A stretch of DNA of 64,000 nucleotides from Oopsacas minuta (taxonomy: Eukaryota > Animalia > Porifera). The notes beneath the pieces were generated by a model. The model saw only the letters and a list, made by a program, of their open reading frames with translations. It did not search any database and was not told where the DNA came from. The position numbers and the translations under genes were made by a program. Positions within the stretch are counted from its first letter, which is position 1; every line of letters starts with the position of its first letter. The DNA lies in NCBI GenBank assembly GCA_024704765.1, contig JAKMXF010000303.1, forward strand, positions 251,266 to 315,265, read 5' to 3'. Of this stretch, positions 11,388 to 24,300 are shown in pieces.

Positions 11388-13070
11388 ATGCCTGGTAAGC
11401 GTACAGCTGAAGTATACACCTACATAAATTCTGACGGGGAGTGGGACAGCTTAATTTCCAGCACACATGGACTCCTTGTGATAGAGATACATGCAGAATG
11501 GTGTGGTACGTGTAAAGCATTACATGGAATATTCAAGAGATTCACATTTGAACATCTTGGTGATATACATTTCGCAGCAGCAGCAGCAGAATCTATTTCA
11601 TATCTAGAGGCTTATAGAGGGAGATGTCAACCTACTTTTCACATGTACGCGAGTCAAGTATTGGTAGGAGTTATTCACGGATCCAGAGGAGCACAGATTC
11701 AAGAAAAGATGCTAGAATTACTACAGAAAGAGAAGGACATAGCCTCAGGAGAGGGAGTTAGAATAGAAGTTGTTGATAGCGAATCTCAGCTATATCCATT
11801 GGATATAGCTGAGATGAGAGAGAATCAGGGATTGGTTCTGGAGCTAGAGGAAAAGGAAGTAACTGTAGTTGTCATAAAACCTGATGTAGTGAAGGCGGGT
11901 AAAGTAGAAGAGATAATGGAAGAGATAAATGATAAAGGAATACAAGTATTAGCTAGAGAGGAGTTAATACTAACTGGGAGCTTTGTAGAGGAGCTGTATA
12001 TTCATCTCAGGGACCAACCACAGTTTCCAGATCTGGTTGCATTCATGACAGGGGGTCCGTCTGTCTGTCTAGCTCTCACACAGTCCAGTAACAAGGATAA
12101 GGGTATAGTAGAGGAGTTCAGGAATATAATCGGGCCCTATGATGCAGAGCTAGCTCGAGTAGAAGCTCCCACTTCTCTACGAGCTAAGTACGGTACAGAC
12201 GCGATTTATAACGCTATACATGCTAACAGTACACGTGAACAGGCTGCTAGAGAACTGGCATTCTGTTTCCCGAAGCTAGGAGGAGACAAGAGGGGAGAGA
12301 TACAGAGGATACTAGCACTGGTACGTCTGGACTCTCTGAAGAAAGACAAAGAAGAGATCCTGTGTCAGATCAGAGAGGCCAGGTTTGAAATAGCCTGTAT
12401 TAGAGAGATAAGCTTTGGACAGGATAAGCTACACGAGTTAAGTGAGCAGGACGGCAGTATGAGTAGCTACATTACTAAATACATGATTGATACTCCTGTA
12501 TTAGCTCTCTGTCTGTGTAGAGAAGATGCAGTACAGGGATGGTTGGAGATGATAGAGGGAGATAAGGTAGAGAGCGTATGTGAAGAGCAGAATACAAAGG
12601 TGTTCTACGGATCCTCACAGGAAGCAGAGGTTGAACCAGATTTAGATCTAATCTTCCCTGTAGACCAGACAGTAGCTGTTATCAAGCCTGATGCTATGGA
12701 ACACAAAGATCAGGTCTTGAAGAGGATTGAGGATTCAGGTTTCCATATTGCCATGCAGAAGGAAACAGAACTTTCACAGGATTTAGTCAGTACTATATAT
12801 CAGAACAAGAATGAGAGTGATTACTATGATTCACTAGAAGAATTCATGTGTAGTGGTCCCTCACTTATGCTAGTACTCTCTAAGAGAGATGCAGTCAACA
12901 ATTGGAGGAATTTGATAGGACCAGTTGATCCTGTAGAGGCACAAGAAATAGCCCCCACCTGTCTCAGAGCTATTTTCGGTAAGGATATCCTGGAGAACAG
13001 ACTACACGGATGTTCTAGTAGAGAACGAGTAGATGATCTGATTAAAGTTATATTCGAAGATAACCAGTAG
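11388..13070 (+). CDS. NME8: Thioredoxin + three NDK-domain protein (NME8/NME9, dynein IC-like)
   Basis: N-terminal Trx fold (WCGTC) followed by three NDK repeats (TVVVIKPD..NAIHANS, a degenerate middle domain, TVAVIKPD..NRLHGCS); single exon. Confidence 0.85.
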   Translation: MPGKRTAEVYTYINSDGEWDSLISSTHGLLVIEIHAEWCGTCKALHGIFKRFTFEHLGDIHFAAAAAESISYLEAYRGRCQPTFHMYASQVLVGVIHGSRGAQIQEKMLELLQKEKDIASGEGVRIEVVDSESQLYPLDIAEMRENQGLVLELEEKEVTVVVIKPDVVKAGKVEEIMEEINDKGIQVLAREELILTGSFVEELYIHLRDQPQFPDLVAFMTGGPSVCLALTQSSNKDKGIVEEFRNIIGPYDAELARVEAPTSLRAKYGTDAIYNAIHANSTREQAARELAFCFPKLGGDKRGEIQRILALVRLDSLKKDKEEILCQIREARFEIACIREISFGQDKLHELSEQDGSMSSYITKYMIDTPVLALCLCREDAVQGWLEMIEGDKVESVCEEQNTKVFYGSSQEAEVEPDLDLIFPVDQTVAVIKPDAMEHKDQVLKRIEDSGFHIAMQKETELSQDLVSTIYQNKNESDYYDSLEEFMCSGPSLMLVLSKRDAVNNWRNLIGPVDPVEAQEIAPTCLRAIFGKDILENRLHGCSSRERVDDLIKVIFEDNQ

Positions 13071-13832
13071 ATATCAGTTGTAGTATAGATACATGTATAT
13101 TGTGTAATTATGATAACTCTTAAATATCCGCTATTAATTACGTGTGTTATCAATATTAACCCATCATTACATCCTCTCACATTCCAGTGTACACAAGTGG
13201 CACTCTGAATTATACGGGTACATGACCGGACATCTCTATGCAGAGATATGTGTTCAGGAAGGGGTTTACATGCCAGTGATTGGATAACAGTGGATACGAT
13301 TTGAAATATTCTGAACAAAAATGTTATACAGAACTGTTTACTTTTGTACTGATAGCAAACATGTATAAAGAGAAAATATCTATTTCATTTCAATTACGTA
13401 GAACTCAGATTAGTCGTACCTTCGGGAAACTAAAATTAATACGCACTATCCGAGTGTACGTCTTATCCGAATAGGGTTTGTATAAAATGATTGGAAACTA
13501 ATTTTATGGTTTGATAGTTTGTATTAATTAAACAAGTCAATGTCTTATCCGAGTTATACCGTATGAATGACTGCTGCAGAGTTAATATTTAAAATGGGTA
13601 GGCAAGGTGAATAACAGACATACGATGTAACAAAAAGTTGTGTTACCCATTGGGTTGGTATTGTATTCGCTAATTTGTATTAATTAATACGAGTATGTAG
13701 TATGTCTGATTTAATATAATTATATCCGTTGAGACGATCGACAATACTAATATATTCCAATAGCACATAATTATTAATGATGTCACATGAATTATTATAG
13801 TCATAGAGTACCATCTACACTACTGTATTGCA

Positions 13833-16800
13833 TCAGTGTCTGTATCTCTCTTTCTCTCTGTACCGATCTGAGTAAGATCTATGACGTGGATCTTCTGGGG
13901 AGCGAGACCGATCCCGTCTACTATCTCTCTCATAATCTCTCTTCCTTTCCCGGTCTCTATCTCTATCATGTCTGTGTCCACGATGTCTGGATAAGTATAA
14001 TAATTATTAAATTTAACACTATGTAATTGAATACTAATGGTATTATACATGCCTGGAGCTTGAACTGCTTCTGGAATGATATCGCTTCTCTATATCCTTC
14101 ATCCGTTCGTATAGAGACTCTATGACTAGCTGATTACCGTTTGAGTCAGGACCTGACTGCTTCACTAGGGATATAGCAGTACGTAGCGTGTCAATAGCAG
14201 AGTCATAATTCCCCAGATTTGATTCTGCTACAGCTCTCTGAATTGCGTTATATGACACAGCCTTGTTACGCTGAGTAGCATCATTGTCTTCAATTCCTTA
14301 TACAGAATAGTATAAATACTGATTGTAAATAAATAAATATTTGATTTTATTGTATTGTATTTAGAAACACATAGGATGATATTTTAAGTCTTATTCACCT
14401 AACCTAAAAGAGAGAAGAATATAAATATCCGAGATTAATACAGCAACGGATACAACTCACATAGCTGACTGTGAGAACATCTCAACCTACAATAAAGTGA
14501 GTTATAATTAGATGAAGTAGTTATCATCAGCTATGTATATGTACTACATACATGAGGCTGTGCTCCTGAGAAGAAGGCTGGATTAACGTGTGGAGCTAGG
14601 CCCTTGGTGCCTCCCAATCCTCCCAATACTATACAATAGAATAATATTTAACTGGTGATATAGTAAGGTTAGTTAGTTAGCATACCTCCTGCATGTAGAG
14701 ATACCTGCGGTACGGGAGGAGGGAGTCCAGCTAAGGTAAGACCAGGGGGAGGAACATGGTGAGGGGGTATAGGAGGGAGGAGTTGTGATGGGTCTGCTAT
14801 GAGAGGTCCTGTAGCTGAGAGGACAGGAGGAGGAGGTAGACCTGCGTAAGTTTGTAGACCTACATACATCTAGTATAATATAATTACCATATAATTACTC
14901 AGGATAAGTACCTATAGGTCCTGCTGGTGGAAACATAGTTGGAGCTGAGAAGGCCTTTACTTCTGTAGATTTCTTCATTGTATTCTGACCTGCTTTCATA
15001 GGACCTCTCCCGCCTTTAGAATCTGATGCTAGATTGTGTGACGTATAAATTAAGAAGGATACATAGGTATAATAGAATCACTAGAATGTAATCTTACCTT
15101 CTCTGGACCTCTGCTCAAACTGGTGAGCACTCGTCTTGGAAGCCATAGCTAATACTGGAATCTGGCCATGGATAACACTAAATGAGTTCAATTAAGTTTT
15201 GGGTGAACTTCGTTGAATGAATTTAATCACGGAATTATGTTTATTCTAGGCTCATGTACTCACCAGTCTTTTAGCTTCTCCACTGCTTCTTGTGCTGTCT
15301 CCTCGTTCTTTAGCTCGATTAGAGCAAACCTAAATTTAGAAACATCGTTTTAATAGCGAATACACTACCTCTATGCTGTGATATAATACCTTATCAACTA
15401 GTTGTACAGGAGCATACTCTTTATGTATAATTATTAATATATAATTTTAATTACCCTTTAGATTGTCCATTTGCTCTATTTTCGAAGAATTTAATAGCCT
15501 TAACTTCCTGGAATTCATTCTCCTTCAACAGCTGAACTAAGTCTACATCAGTTGTCCACTAAATGAGAATATTTGATATACAAACAGAAATCAGTGTGTA
15601 AATTCATAGTAAGTATAGAAACTTAATGTTATAATTGAATTTAATAAATTTTCCAAAAACATACAGAATTATACTAAAATACAAATACGTAGTACATTAC
15701 AAATGTAGTATTTCTATCCCTTATATCGGTATAACAGAATTAACTATATAGCTATCATGTAATACAAATGCTATATTGAAGTCCAGATGGAGAGATGACT
15801 GTCTTTAGCCTTCAGGGCAAATTCAGCATTTAACAATATATGCAATAAATCTACACAAAATCGCTACAGCCATCTTATCAGATACAGCATGAGGTATGTA
15901 GTAATACAAAATGCGCTTAGTTACAAGCCCACCAAGTGGGATTACAAACAATTTTGATCTATACAATTTGACGTATAACTATCCGTTAAGTAACAGAAGG
16001 TAGTATAGCATAAATTAACACAAAATAATCAGCTAAATACCCATGTCAGGTTGCCAATGAAGATGGCGTTCCTCTTATTTGGGTCAAATGAGATCCCTAG
16101 TGTAGAGTTGTCCACTGAAGTGCTCTGAGAAGTTTTTCCAGCAGGAATTCCCTCCTGTGTCTGTTTGGATAACAGCTCTGCCTTAAGCCGAGCTGACTCT
16201 GGTTAGAGAGAGTTTGAAATACAAGCATTCGAGAATGTTCACAACATAGTGTCATTTCAAAAAGTACAATTATTCGAAATGTGAAAATTATATCTATATA
16301 TGTTAGTTATTAATTATCGCTGTATAGTAGTGATAATATAATGTTTACCTCCTAATTCTTCGTTGTTATTGTCAGCCTCAAGTGCCAGCTATAATGTAGA
16401 CAAAATATTATATAAACGTGTGCAGACATTCGCAAGAAGGCTGGAAGATTTTGCGGCCAGGGTCATCACCAACCTGACAGTTTCCGCCGATCCTGGCACC
16501 TAACATTCGATTATTTTATATTTCCACAAGTACTGTCAAATCAGGTTAAAACGAAGCTTAAGTGACTGCAATTATTTCGTATTTCAATATAATCGATGAA
16601 ATAAATGTTACTTCGACGCTTTGGGTCCTTATTGTTATAATTTCAGACTTGGATATAAGCGGGTGTTTGGATATATCCGTATTCGATATAAATGAAGTCG
16701 ACTGTATATACAGTGAACTCCCGTTAAAACGAAGTGATTCTCTAGCCCCTATAACTTTGAAAGTAATTGATTTTACTCCGCTTATAACGAAGTGAAATCG

Positions 16801-17165
16801 TAGCCCCGAGCACTTCGTTATAACGAGAGTTTATTGTATATAAATTATAAGTATGTATAAGTACGTATGCAATGTTGGTCCGGTATGTCCAATAATTGCT
16901 AGCAATTTCAGTACTCACATCATCCATTTCTTGTTTGAAATTATGTATGGGTACAACTGGGGCAGTGAGCACGTCATCTAACAGATCTTCAGACACACTA
17001 ACGGTTCCTTGATTCTCCAATTTAATATTCTACAATATAATATAATATATAATTATTCTTATAAGATGTATTGTAAAATATTCAGGAACTCACCACCTCC
17101 TCCATTTCCAAATCAACTGGATCATCCAGAACATCAGTGTACAGATCGACTCCCGAAGTAGACAT
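13833..17165 (-). CDS. CPSF6: Cleavage and polyadenylation factor CFIm68, multi-exon
   Basis: First exon MSTSGVDLYTDV; RRM exons IFIGNLTW / WTTDVDL..IKFFENRANGQSKG / FALIEL; a Pro-rich exon; AIQRAVAESNLGNYDSAIDTLRTAISLVKQS; RS/RD-rich tail with TGA at 13833-13835. Confidence 0.93.
16711..16836. mobile_element. Tigger/pogo-like MITE in a CPSF6 intron, abutting the end of a second MITE (~16640-16705)
   Basis: TIR CAGTGAACTCCCGTTAAAACGAAGTG / CACTTCGTTATAACGAGAGTTTATTG, TA on both sides. Confidence 0.8.
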
Positions 17166-17420
17166 GAGTATAATAACTCTAATATACTGACAATTGAAGT
17201 GCATTTAATTTCCTATTAATTGACTCGTATATTAGGTACCGTAAATATTCATACGCCAATCCTTTTTGGATGTACTAACGTATTAAGTATTTTTGATTGA
17301 AAAACACTTCAGAGAGAATTATATAAAGTGTACAAATTGAATAGGTACAACTCTTAATAATTGTTAAGTAAAATAGGTAAGTCGATATCGCTTCGGTTTA
17401 ATGATTACAAAAATAATGTA

Positions 17421-17587
17421 CAGTAGAGTCTCGTTAATACGTACACTAGGGGACTACCAAAATTCGTACTCCTTATCCGGAGTACGTATTATCCGAACTA
17501 ATTTATATTGAAAAGGCATCGAAGGGGACTGATAAAGTGTACAAATTTGTTCTCCTTGACCGTGTTCGTATTAACGAGACTTTACTG
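17421..17587. mobile_element. Tigger/pogo-like MITE in the CPSF6-ECI2 divergent intergenic region
   Basis: TIR CAGTAGAGTCTCGTTAATACG / CGTATTAACGAGACTTTACTG, TA on the left side; a shorter copy lies at 27603-27701. Confidence 0.85.
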
Positions 17588-17641
17588 ATATTTAATCACA
17601 AAAGGTAAATAATAGTCACAAGACTGTTTCAGATAATTAGG

Positions 17642-18900
17642 ATGATTACCTTCAAACTGTTCAATAATTACGGAACTCAACAGCTGATGAGGCCAATCGT
17701 ACCAGGTATTGCGAGGAGACTGTTCGGCTCGACGAACCAGGGAGACTTCGAATCAGCTCAAGAGAGAGTGAAACAGCTCTCAGCAGATCCGGGAAACGAA
17801 GCTAAACTCAAACTGTACGGATTTTTCAAGCAAGCTACTCTAGGAGTATGTAATACTCCGAAACCTGGAATGATGGACTTTGTAGGAAAGGCTAAGTGGT
17901 CGAGCTGGAAAGAACTAGGTAACAATTACGTATATATCCCGTGTATTTTCCTGATGCTTTTCCTTGCGAATAATGCAATATTTCGCAATAATGCTTGTTC
18001 CTAACAATTGTTTTGATTATTATAGGAGCAATGACGAAAGAGGAAGCAGCTAAATGCTATGTGACATATGTCAACGAACTAGTGTCAATAGACGCAGGCA
18101 GCAGTACTAACACACCTCCCTCTCCAGTTGATAAAGACGCCAATATAATATACAGTATAAAGCATTCGTATGCTGAGATTAGACTGAACAGACCTAAGAA
18201 GTTCAATGCAATCACATGGCAGATGTATGGAGAGATTGGGGAGTTCCTAGATAGAGCGAGGAGAGATACGGTTAAGTTCGCGGTTATAACAGGTACAGGA
18301 GACTATTATAGCAGTGGAAATGATCTTGGAAATTTCGCAGAAATTCCTCCCGAGGGACCTGAAAAGATGGCAAAAGATGGAGAAAAAGTTTTGAAAAAAT
18401 TCGTCGCTAGTTTCATAGATTTTGATAAACCTCTGATTGCGGTTGTTAACGGGCCAGCGGTAGGAATACCAGTCACTACTCTGGGGTTATGTGACATAGT
18501 CTACGCAAAAGATTCCGCGACTTTTCACACTCCATTTACAAGTTTAGGCCAAAGCCCTGAAGCTTGTTCTTCCTATACATTTCCCTTGATGATGGGTCCT
18601 GCAAAGGCTAATGAAATTCTACTATTTGGTAAGAAGCTATCAGCAGAAGAAGCATGTGATAGATCCTTAGTGACTAGAGTAGTTCCTTCAGGCAATTTCG
18701 AAGAGGAAATAGAATCTATGTTGAAAAAGTATTCAGAACTTCCTCCTATCTCTCTGCGTACTTCAAAACAAATAATCAGAAACACACACAAGGAAAAGCT
18801 ACATGATATTAATATCAAGGAGTGTGCCTTACTGGCAGAGAGATGGATATCTGATGAATGCATATCAGCTATCATGAAATTTTTTCAGAGGAAGAAGTAA
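17642..18900 (+). CDS. ECI2: Enoyl-CoA delta isomerase 2 (ACBP + crotonase domains), two exons
   Basis: ACBP domain ([23 protein letters not shown]), GT-AG intron at about 17919-18025, crotonase domain ([32 protein letters not shown]). Confidence 0.95.
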
Positions 18901-19293
18901 AGGACAAAAAACATTATCATAAGTATTATTCTATTTGATATCCAATACACTGATTCTGTTCTGTTCTGTTTTGTTAGTGTGATATCATTAATATATTGCG
19001 AATCACATAATTATATGTTTGGGAACCTAAATGGGAAATGCTATGTACGCATACATATATCATGTAACAGTTTTGCAATCAACGTATTATAGATTCAGTA
19101 TTGTAGGGGATAGTTGTATAGAGGACATCTGAAGTTATTCGTTTGTAACAGAATAAATCCTAATTGTTTTGATTAAATGAAGGTCACAAAAGAGCGAACA
19201 TATTCGAATACAGATAAACTCAGCGATATATAAATACATAACTCAACTAACAAAAGCAAAATCTACAAATAATGTTAAAAATACAGCTCATCA

Positions 19294-21027
19294 CTATACT
19301 GTTTTCCCTCTAATCAGAACTCTTTTCCGTGTAAAATTATTCAAGATTCGTTTGGTATTTACACACGACTTCTCATCTGTTCTAGCTTCCAGCCTTCTAG
19401 TACAAAGCAGTAATTTCTCTTGTACTTTCTTAGTAACTATCTCTTCTGAATAAAGAGATCTATTTTTACCTACATACACAAATGGTTTCTGTTTAAACTG
19501 AGCTTTGACAAGCTCCGAAACAGCTGACTTATGAGAATCCCAATCTTCCCCTCTCTTCTCGACGACACATTCCAGCTCATCAACTATGACGTCATTCAAA
19601 TTACTTAACTTTCCAAAAAGCTCTTCACAGATTCGGAACTTTGAAACAACTTGTAATAACTCCAGACAGAGCTGTTTGATAATGATATACACAATATTAA
19701 GAGTATTATAGTTGTTGTATTCTAGAATAACCTGTATAACGTCTGGAGAGAATACTTCATATAAGTCCCTGGTTACCACACGGAAGGTTGGCATGTGTAA
19801 ATGATAGAAAGCTAGGAATGCTTTAGAAACATTACTGAGCATGGTATGCTGTCGGTTGGTTGATGGTTGTAAGAACCTAAATCTCTGTAACTCAACTGCT
19901 AGCATAGAGAAATGGTCAGACAAGTCAGCTTGGAGTCTGGATAGCTCACTGGCTAGCACTCTATCAGAAGTTCCTTGTGACAGCCCTTCTACTTGCTGTA
20001 TGAATGGAGGGAATGAATTTAGTATATACTCTTTGTGTTTAATCAGAGATGTGTATAGATCTAATAAATTCTCTATGAACTCATCATTTGTGTCTCGTTC
20101 TTCTACTTTCTCAACAGTTGTTCGTTTTTCTAGTAACAGCTGTTGTGTCTGTGACTCACAACTGCGACACATTCTCAGCAGCTGGAACACAGGTGGCTCA
20201 ACAGCTGGACTTCCTTCTAACCCGTTAATAGCCCAATGTGTAGTGGTATCTTCTACAGAGTTCTTGTATAACATAAGGAGAGGAGATACACAGTCTGAAC
20301 AGAAAATACGTCCACAAATACGACAGTGTTGTTTGCTTGAGAGCAGTGAGAATACTTTCCTACAGGTGTGACAAGCCGTAACTTCGTGTCCTGGCTGCCA
20401 GAATATTCCTTGTTGCCACTCAGGCATCTTGGCAGTGCTAACCCACTCATTGATAGAAGACTTGAAACGACTAGTAGTGCTCCTAGAGAATCCTGTACAC
20501 AACCGATCAAGCTCCTTACTGACTTGTATATTCATATTTCTATTCTTGTTAACTGGTCTAGACTTATGGTATCCATTAGAAATGGATGTTTGCATGGGAA
20601 CAGATTTTCTTCTCAGACAGAAAAACCCTTTGAAATCCCTCAGGTATCCTGGCTGTTGTCTAACGTGTAGGTCTGCGAAACAGGGGGCACATGTTTGTCT
20701 GAGGGTCCCTCCCAGTTCTCTACCGTGAGAGGTACATTCAAAACAGAAGGTACGTCCACACAGGTAGCACTTTCTACGGTAGAGTAGTAGTTTCTTATTA
20801 CACAGAGGGTTACAGCAATGAGTTATCAGGTCTTGACTGTCAAACCTTGATAGTATACTACTTCTAACAGACTTAGAACCTATTGGAGTAGAACTGTTAT
20901 CATTATATGATTCTGACTCGTTGAATACATCATTCAGTTCTTGTTCGTTTAGCTTATCATCTTCATTGAGTGAGCTATATTCTGGCTGGCGAGTGAGTTG
21001 AGATAGAGGACGATCTCTGTAAGCCAT
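19294..21027 (-). CDS. Double FYVE-type zinc-finger protein, rabenosyn-5/Vac1(Pep7)-like
   Basis: Two FYVE-like Cys patterns (CNPLC..CYLCGRTFCFEC..CAPC; WQPGH..CHTC..KQHCRICGRIFCSDC..RMCRSC) followed by a helical region resembling rabenosyn; single exon. Confidence 0.7.
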   Translation of the reverse strand: MAYRDRPLSQLTRQPEYSSLNEDDKLNEQELNDVFNESESYNDNSSTPIGSKSVRSSILSRFDSQDLITHCCNPLCNKKLLLYRRKCYLCGRTFCFECTSHGRELGGTLRQTCAPCFADLHVRQQPGYLRDFKGFFCLRRKSVPMQTSISNGYHKSRPVNKNRNMNIQVSKELDRLCTGFSRSTTSRFKSSINEWVSTAKMPEWQQGIFWQPGHEVTACHTCRKVFSLLSSKQHCRICGRIFCSDCVSPLLMLYKNSVEDTTTHWAINGLEGSPAVEPPVFQLLRMCRSCESQTQQLLLEKRTTVEKVEERDTNDEFIENLLDLYTSLIKHKEYILNSFPPFIQQVEGLSQGTSDRVLASELSRLQADLSDHFSMLAVELQRFRFLQPSTNRQHTMLSNVSKAFLAFYHLHMPTFRVVTRDLYEVFSPDVIQVILEYNNYNTLNIVYIIIKQLCLELLQVVSKFRICEELFGKLSNLNDVIVDELECVVEKRGEDWDSHKSAVSELVKAQFKQKPFVYVGKNRSLYSEEIVTKKVQEKLLLCTRRLEARTDEKSCVNTKRILNNFTRKRVLIRGKTV

Positions 21028-21328
21028 TAAGAGTTCATTTGATATATTAAATTTGATAAATCAAATAGAACTTTCCTATCAATAGAAATTAAATATATTC
21101 AGAAAACAGCAATAAAATTACTTGAATTGAGGTACCAAAACTCACTATATGTTTAATTGATACAATGTTTTACTGGTATACGTATGTGTAATCTACTACA
21201 TAACTACATAGATTTTCTGTTTCAAAAATACACAAATTAGATATACAGTCAGAGATGAAATGATAACATGATACAAACACAACTCAGAATAGTTAAATGT
21301 GATGGAACTGTGGAGTATTGACAGAATT

Positions 21329-24300
21329 CTAAGCATTTTCAAGTTTGATCTTAATCCCGTGCTCTGCTTTTATAACTAAGCGAAAAGCAGGCTCATAAGA
21401 ATGTGTATCGTCAAGAGATATTTTGAATTTCTTGAGGATAAGCGCTAGAACTATTTGCATTTCTTGCAAAGCAAACTTCTGTCCAATACAGTTCCTAGCT
21501 CCAGCTGAGAATGGTATAAAAGAGAACGGATTAATCTTATCAATATTCTCAGGGCTAAATCTATAGGGATTAAATTTGTCTGGTTCTGGCCAGAACTCTT
21601 CCAGATAATGAGCTTGATATATACCTACATTTAATAGTGATCCTGTAGGTATTGTATGTCCATCAATAACCATAGGTCTAGAGTTGACCTTTGATACAGA
21701 CGTGGCTACAGGATACATTCTGAGAGTTTCTCGTATAAACATAGAAAGGAACTTAAGTTCCTGAATATCTTCTTTAGTAACTTCATCTCTATCTCCTATA
21801 AATGAACATAAATTTAAAATCTAGAATAGAATAGAATTGAATGCATTAAAAAGTCGCATCTTAAGATTTCAATTCATTGAATATTTCGATTGTGTCCGTT
21901 TTATCGGTTACCTAAACTCCTTTAATGATCTGACTATATTCGCGTAGATTGGGTAATGACGGATATACGTATTACGTAGCGTAGAATATGTCTCAAAAAG
22001 AATAAAATACAGTATTTCCCTGAATAAGCACCGGGCTAGAAAATGGCTCCAAAACCTGTGAATATCACCACCCTCTAGAAAAATAATTTATTGAAATTTA
22101 CGTCACATCTTTTGTATTTTCGAAAATTGGCAAATAATTGGACGAAAAAATGCCAACGAAAAGAATAAGCAATAAAACGGTATATTTACTCAGGTCCTAA
22201 ACAATTATTAAGAAAAAACAAGCAAAATTGATTGAACAAGAATTACAAGGTAAACTGGATGTATTCTGGTAAGGTTTGTTTTTCCAAAAATATCAGATTG
22301 AGCATTAACCAAAATAAAAGCACTCACCAAAGGGAAGAAATAAGAAAACTTACCTATCTAGCAGCAAAATAGAAAGTATATCTACCTCCAAACAAAAAGT
22401 AATAGGTTTAGGGCAGAAAATAAGAAAAACTCAGTCACAGATAAAACTCCAAAATCACAGCTATCGAAGACTGCTAGACAGGACACATACACTTATTGAA
22501 CGGTTTACTCACGGCTATGGAAGATGAACACTTAGACCACTCAATATTGTCCCTAGAAGAACTAGAAATACAGCCTTTCTATAAGGGGTCTTATGAGAAT
22601 TCAATAAGACTGGACAGAACACCAGCAGGTAGATTTCAGAAAGTCCCCCTGGCTATTCAGGAACCACTCCAGCAACTACACCCAGATCCACCAACTCAGC
22701 ATGCAGCAGCATTCTCCCTCTTCAATAGCTAGTTATCTCCTCCATTGTAATGAGTCCATTCAATAAAACTGTAAATTTATTGTTGTTTTTATGAATATAA
22801 AGTAAACACATTTCAATATTGTTGTAGAAACATGCTTTCAATGGTTATACTGAGGTAATCGAGTATGCTGAGTCCAAATATGATATTGTAAAGAACATTT
22901 TGGGAATATTTGTTCACTTTTGGGGTCATAAAGTAAGCAGATTTAATTGATAATGGCAGTATCATGTTTGCTACAGTTAAGATTATGAGTTAATGTACGC
23001 GAGGGCCGTAGGCCCGAGTGTGGACACAAAGTGTTCGCAACCGCGTAGCGCGAGCAAGCGAAGCGTGCTCGTATAAGTGAAAATAAAAAGGTTGTTTTTA
23101 TCAATAACTGTGTACCTTCCCAACCTTACCACAAGTCAAATGTCACAGGAAGAACATTCGTGATGCAAACTATCAATACACCAGACAACTAATAACTAGT
23201 CCGCCAATTCTCAAGGCATACAACTATCTATGGGAGGAGTAGACAGACACAATCGTCTTGTAGCTCCTCATGCAATCCCTCTAACAGCCAAACGGGATTA
23301 TCTGAAGGTATTCTTTCATATTCTTGATTCAGCCATGGTCAATGAATGGATCCTAATCAAGATAGCTCTAGAAGCTAGAAGAGAGTTGAATTAAACAGCA
23401 AAATGTCGCTATACATTGGCCTGGTTTAAAGAGTCTGTAATTATATCACTATATGATAACTATACCAGTCGAACACAACAACAGAATTAACCAACAAGCA
23501 AGGGAAGATAATTCTTCCCATCCAATGACAGGATTTGATTACCCAGCACCAAATACAACCAGTAACACAGATAGAAGGTAGGAAGATATATCGTTTGTAA
23601 AAAGTCAAAACGTACTGCCTGTATGGGTACAAACAAAGATATTGCTACGATTGCAGGTAGACAACACTTGAACTTATAAAGCAACATCAAGAGATAGCAT
23701 GTCTGTAATTGAAGAACAGCGTCAGCTAACTCAATCTGAAACCATTGCTCATTCTGGCGAATAGCTTTAGAATAAATAATAATTTGTCTAAATAGATGCT
23801 TTTTACAGCCATACCATTAGTTAAGTTGTGTTTTTCAGTTGAAATAATATGACAATAGGCATTACCGTTAAAAATATAATTAAAAAGCTATTTCTGTATT
23901 TAGCAATCAAAGAAAAATTGAAAATTTGTCAAATACTAGACATATACAGTATTCCAATTACTAATTGTATCTAAGAGCCAGAAGTAAAGTATAACTATAA
24001 TTATGTGATCAATAAATAATTATTAAGTAAATCGAGCATATAAGTACATCTTAATACGGACATGTTATCTGAGTATTGTTGAGAGAGGAGGAGGTATTAA
24101 ATGGAGCAGTAATAAACACATTAGAAGAAGGAGGTCTGTAGAAAGAGAATCCTAAACCTACTACAAAGGAAGCTATTAAAACTACAATTATAACTATCTT
24201 AACAATATCCTGATACCCAATCATACAGCTCCTACTTGTCTTACTAATATTATGTGTCAAGAAAGGATTTAATTCATTGTTTGAACGAGCCAAATCATTG

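Noticed and set aside
12824-13318. 164-aa minus-strand ORF overlapping the NME8 3' end
   Set aside because: Largely antisense to NME8 coding sequence, with no domain similarity.
23441-23690. Hydrophobic short ORFs downstream of MATE
   Set aside because: No family motif, frames broken by stops, and composition explained by T-rich DNA.
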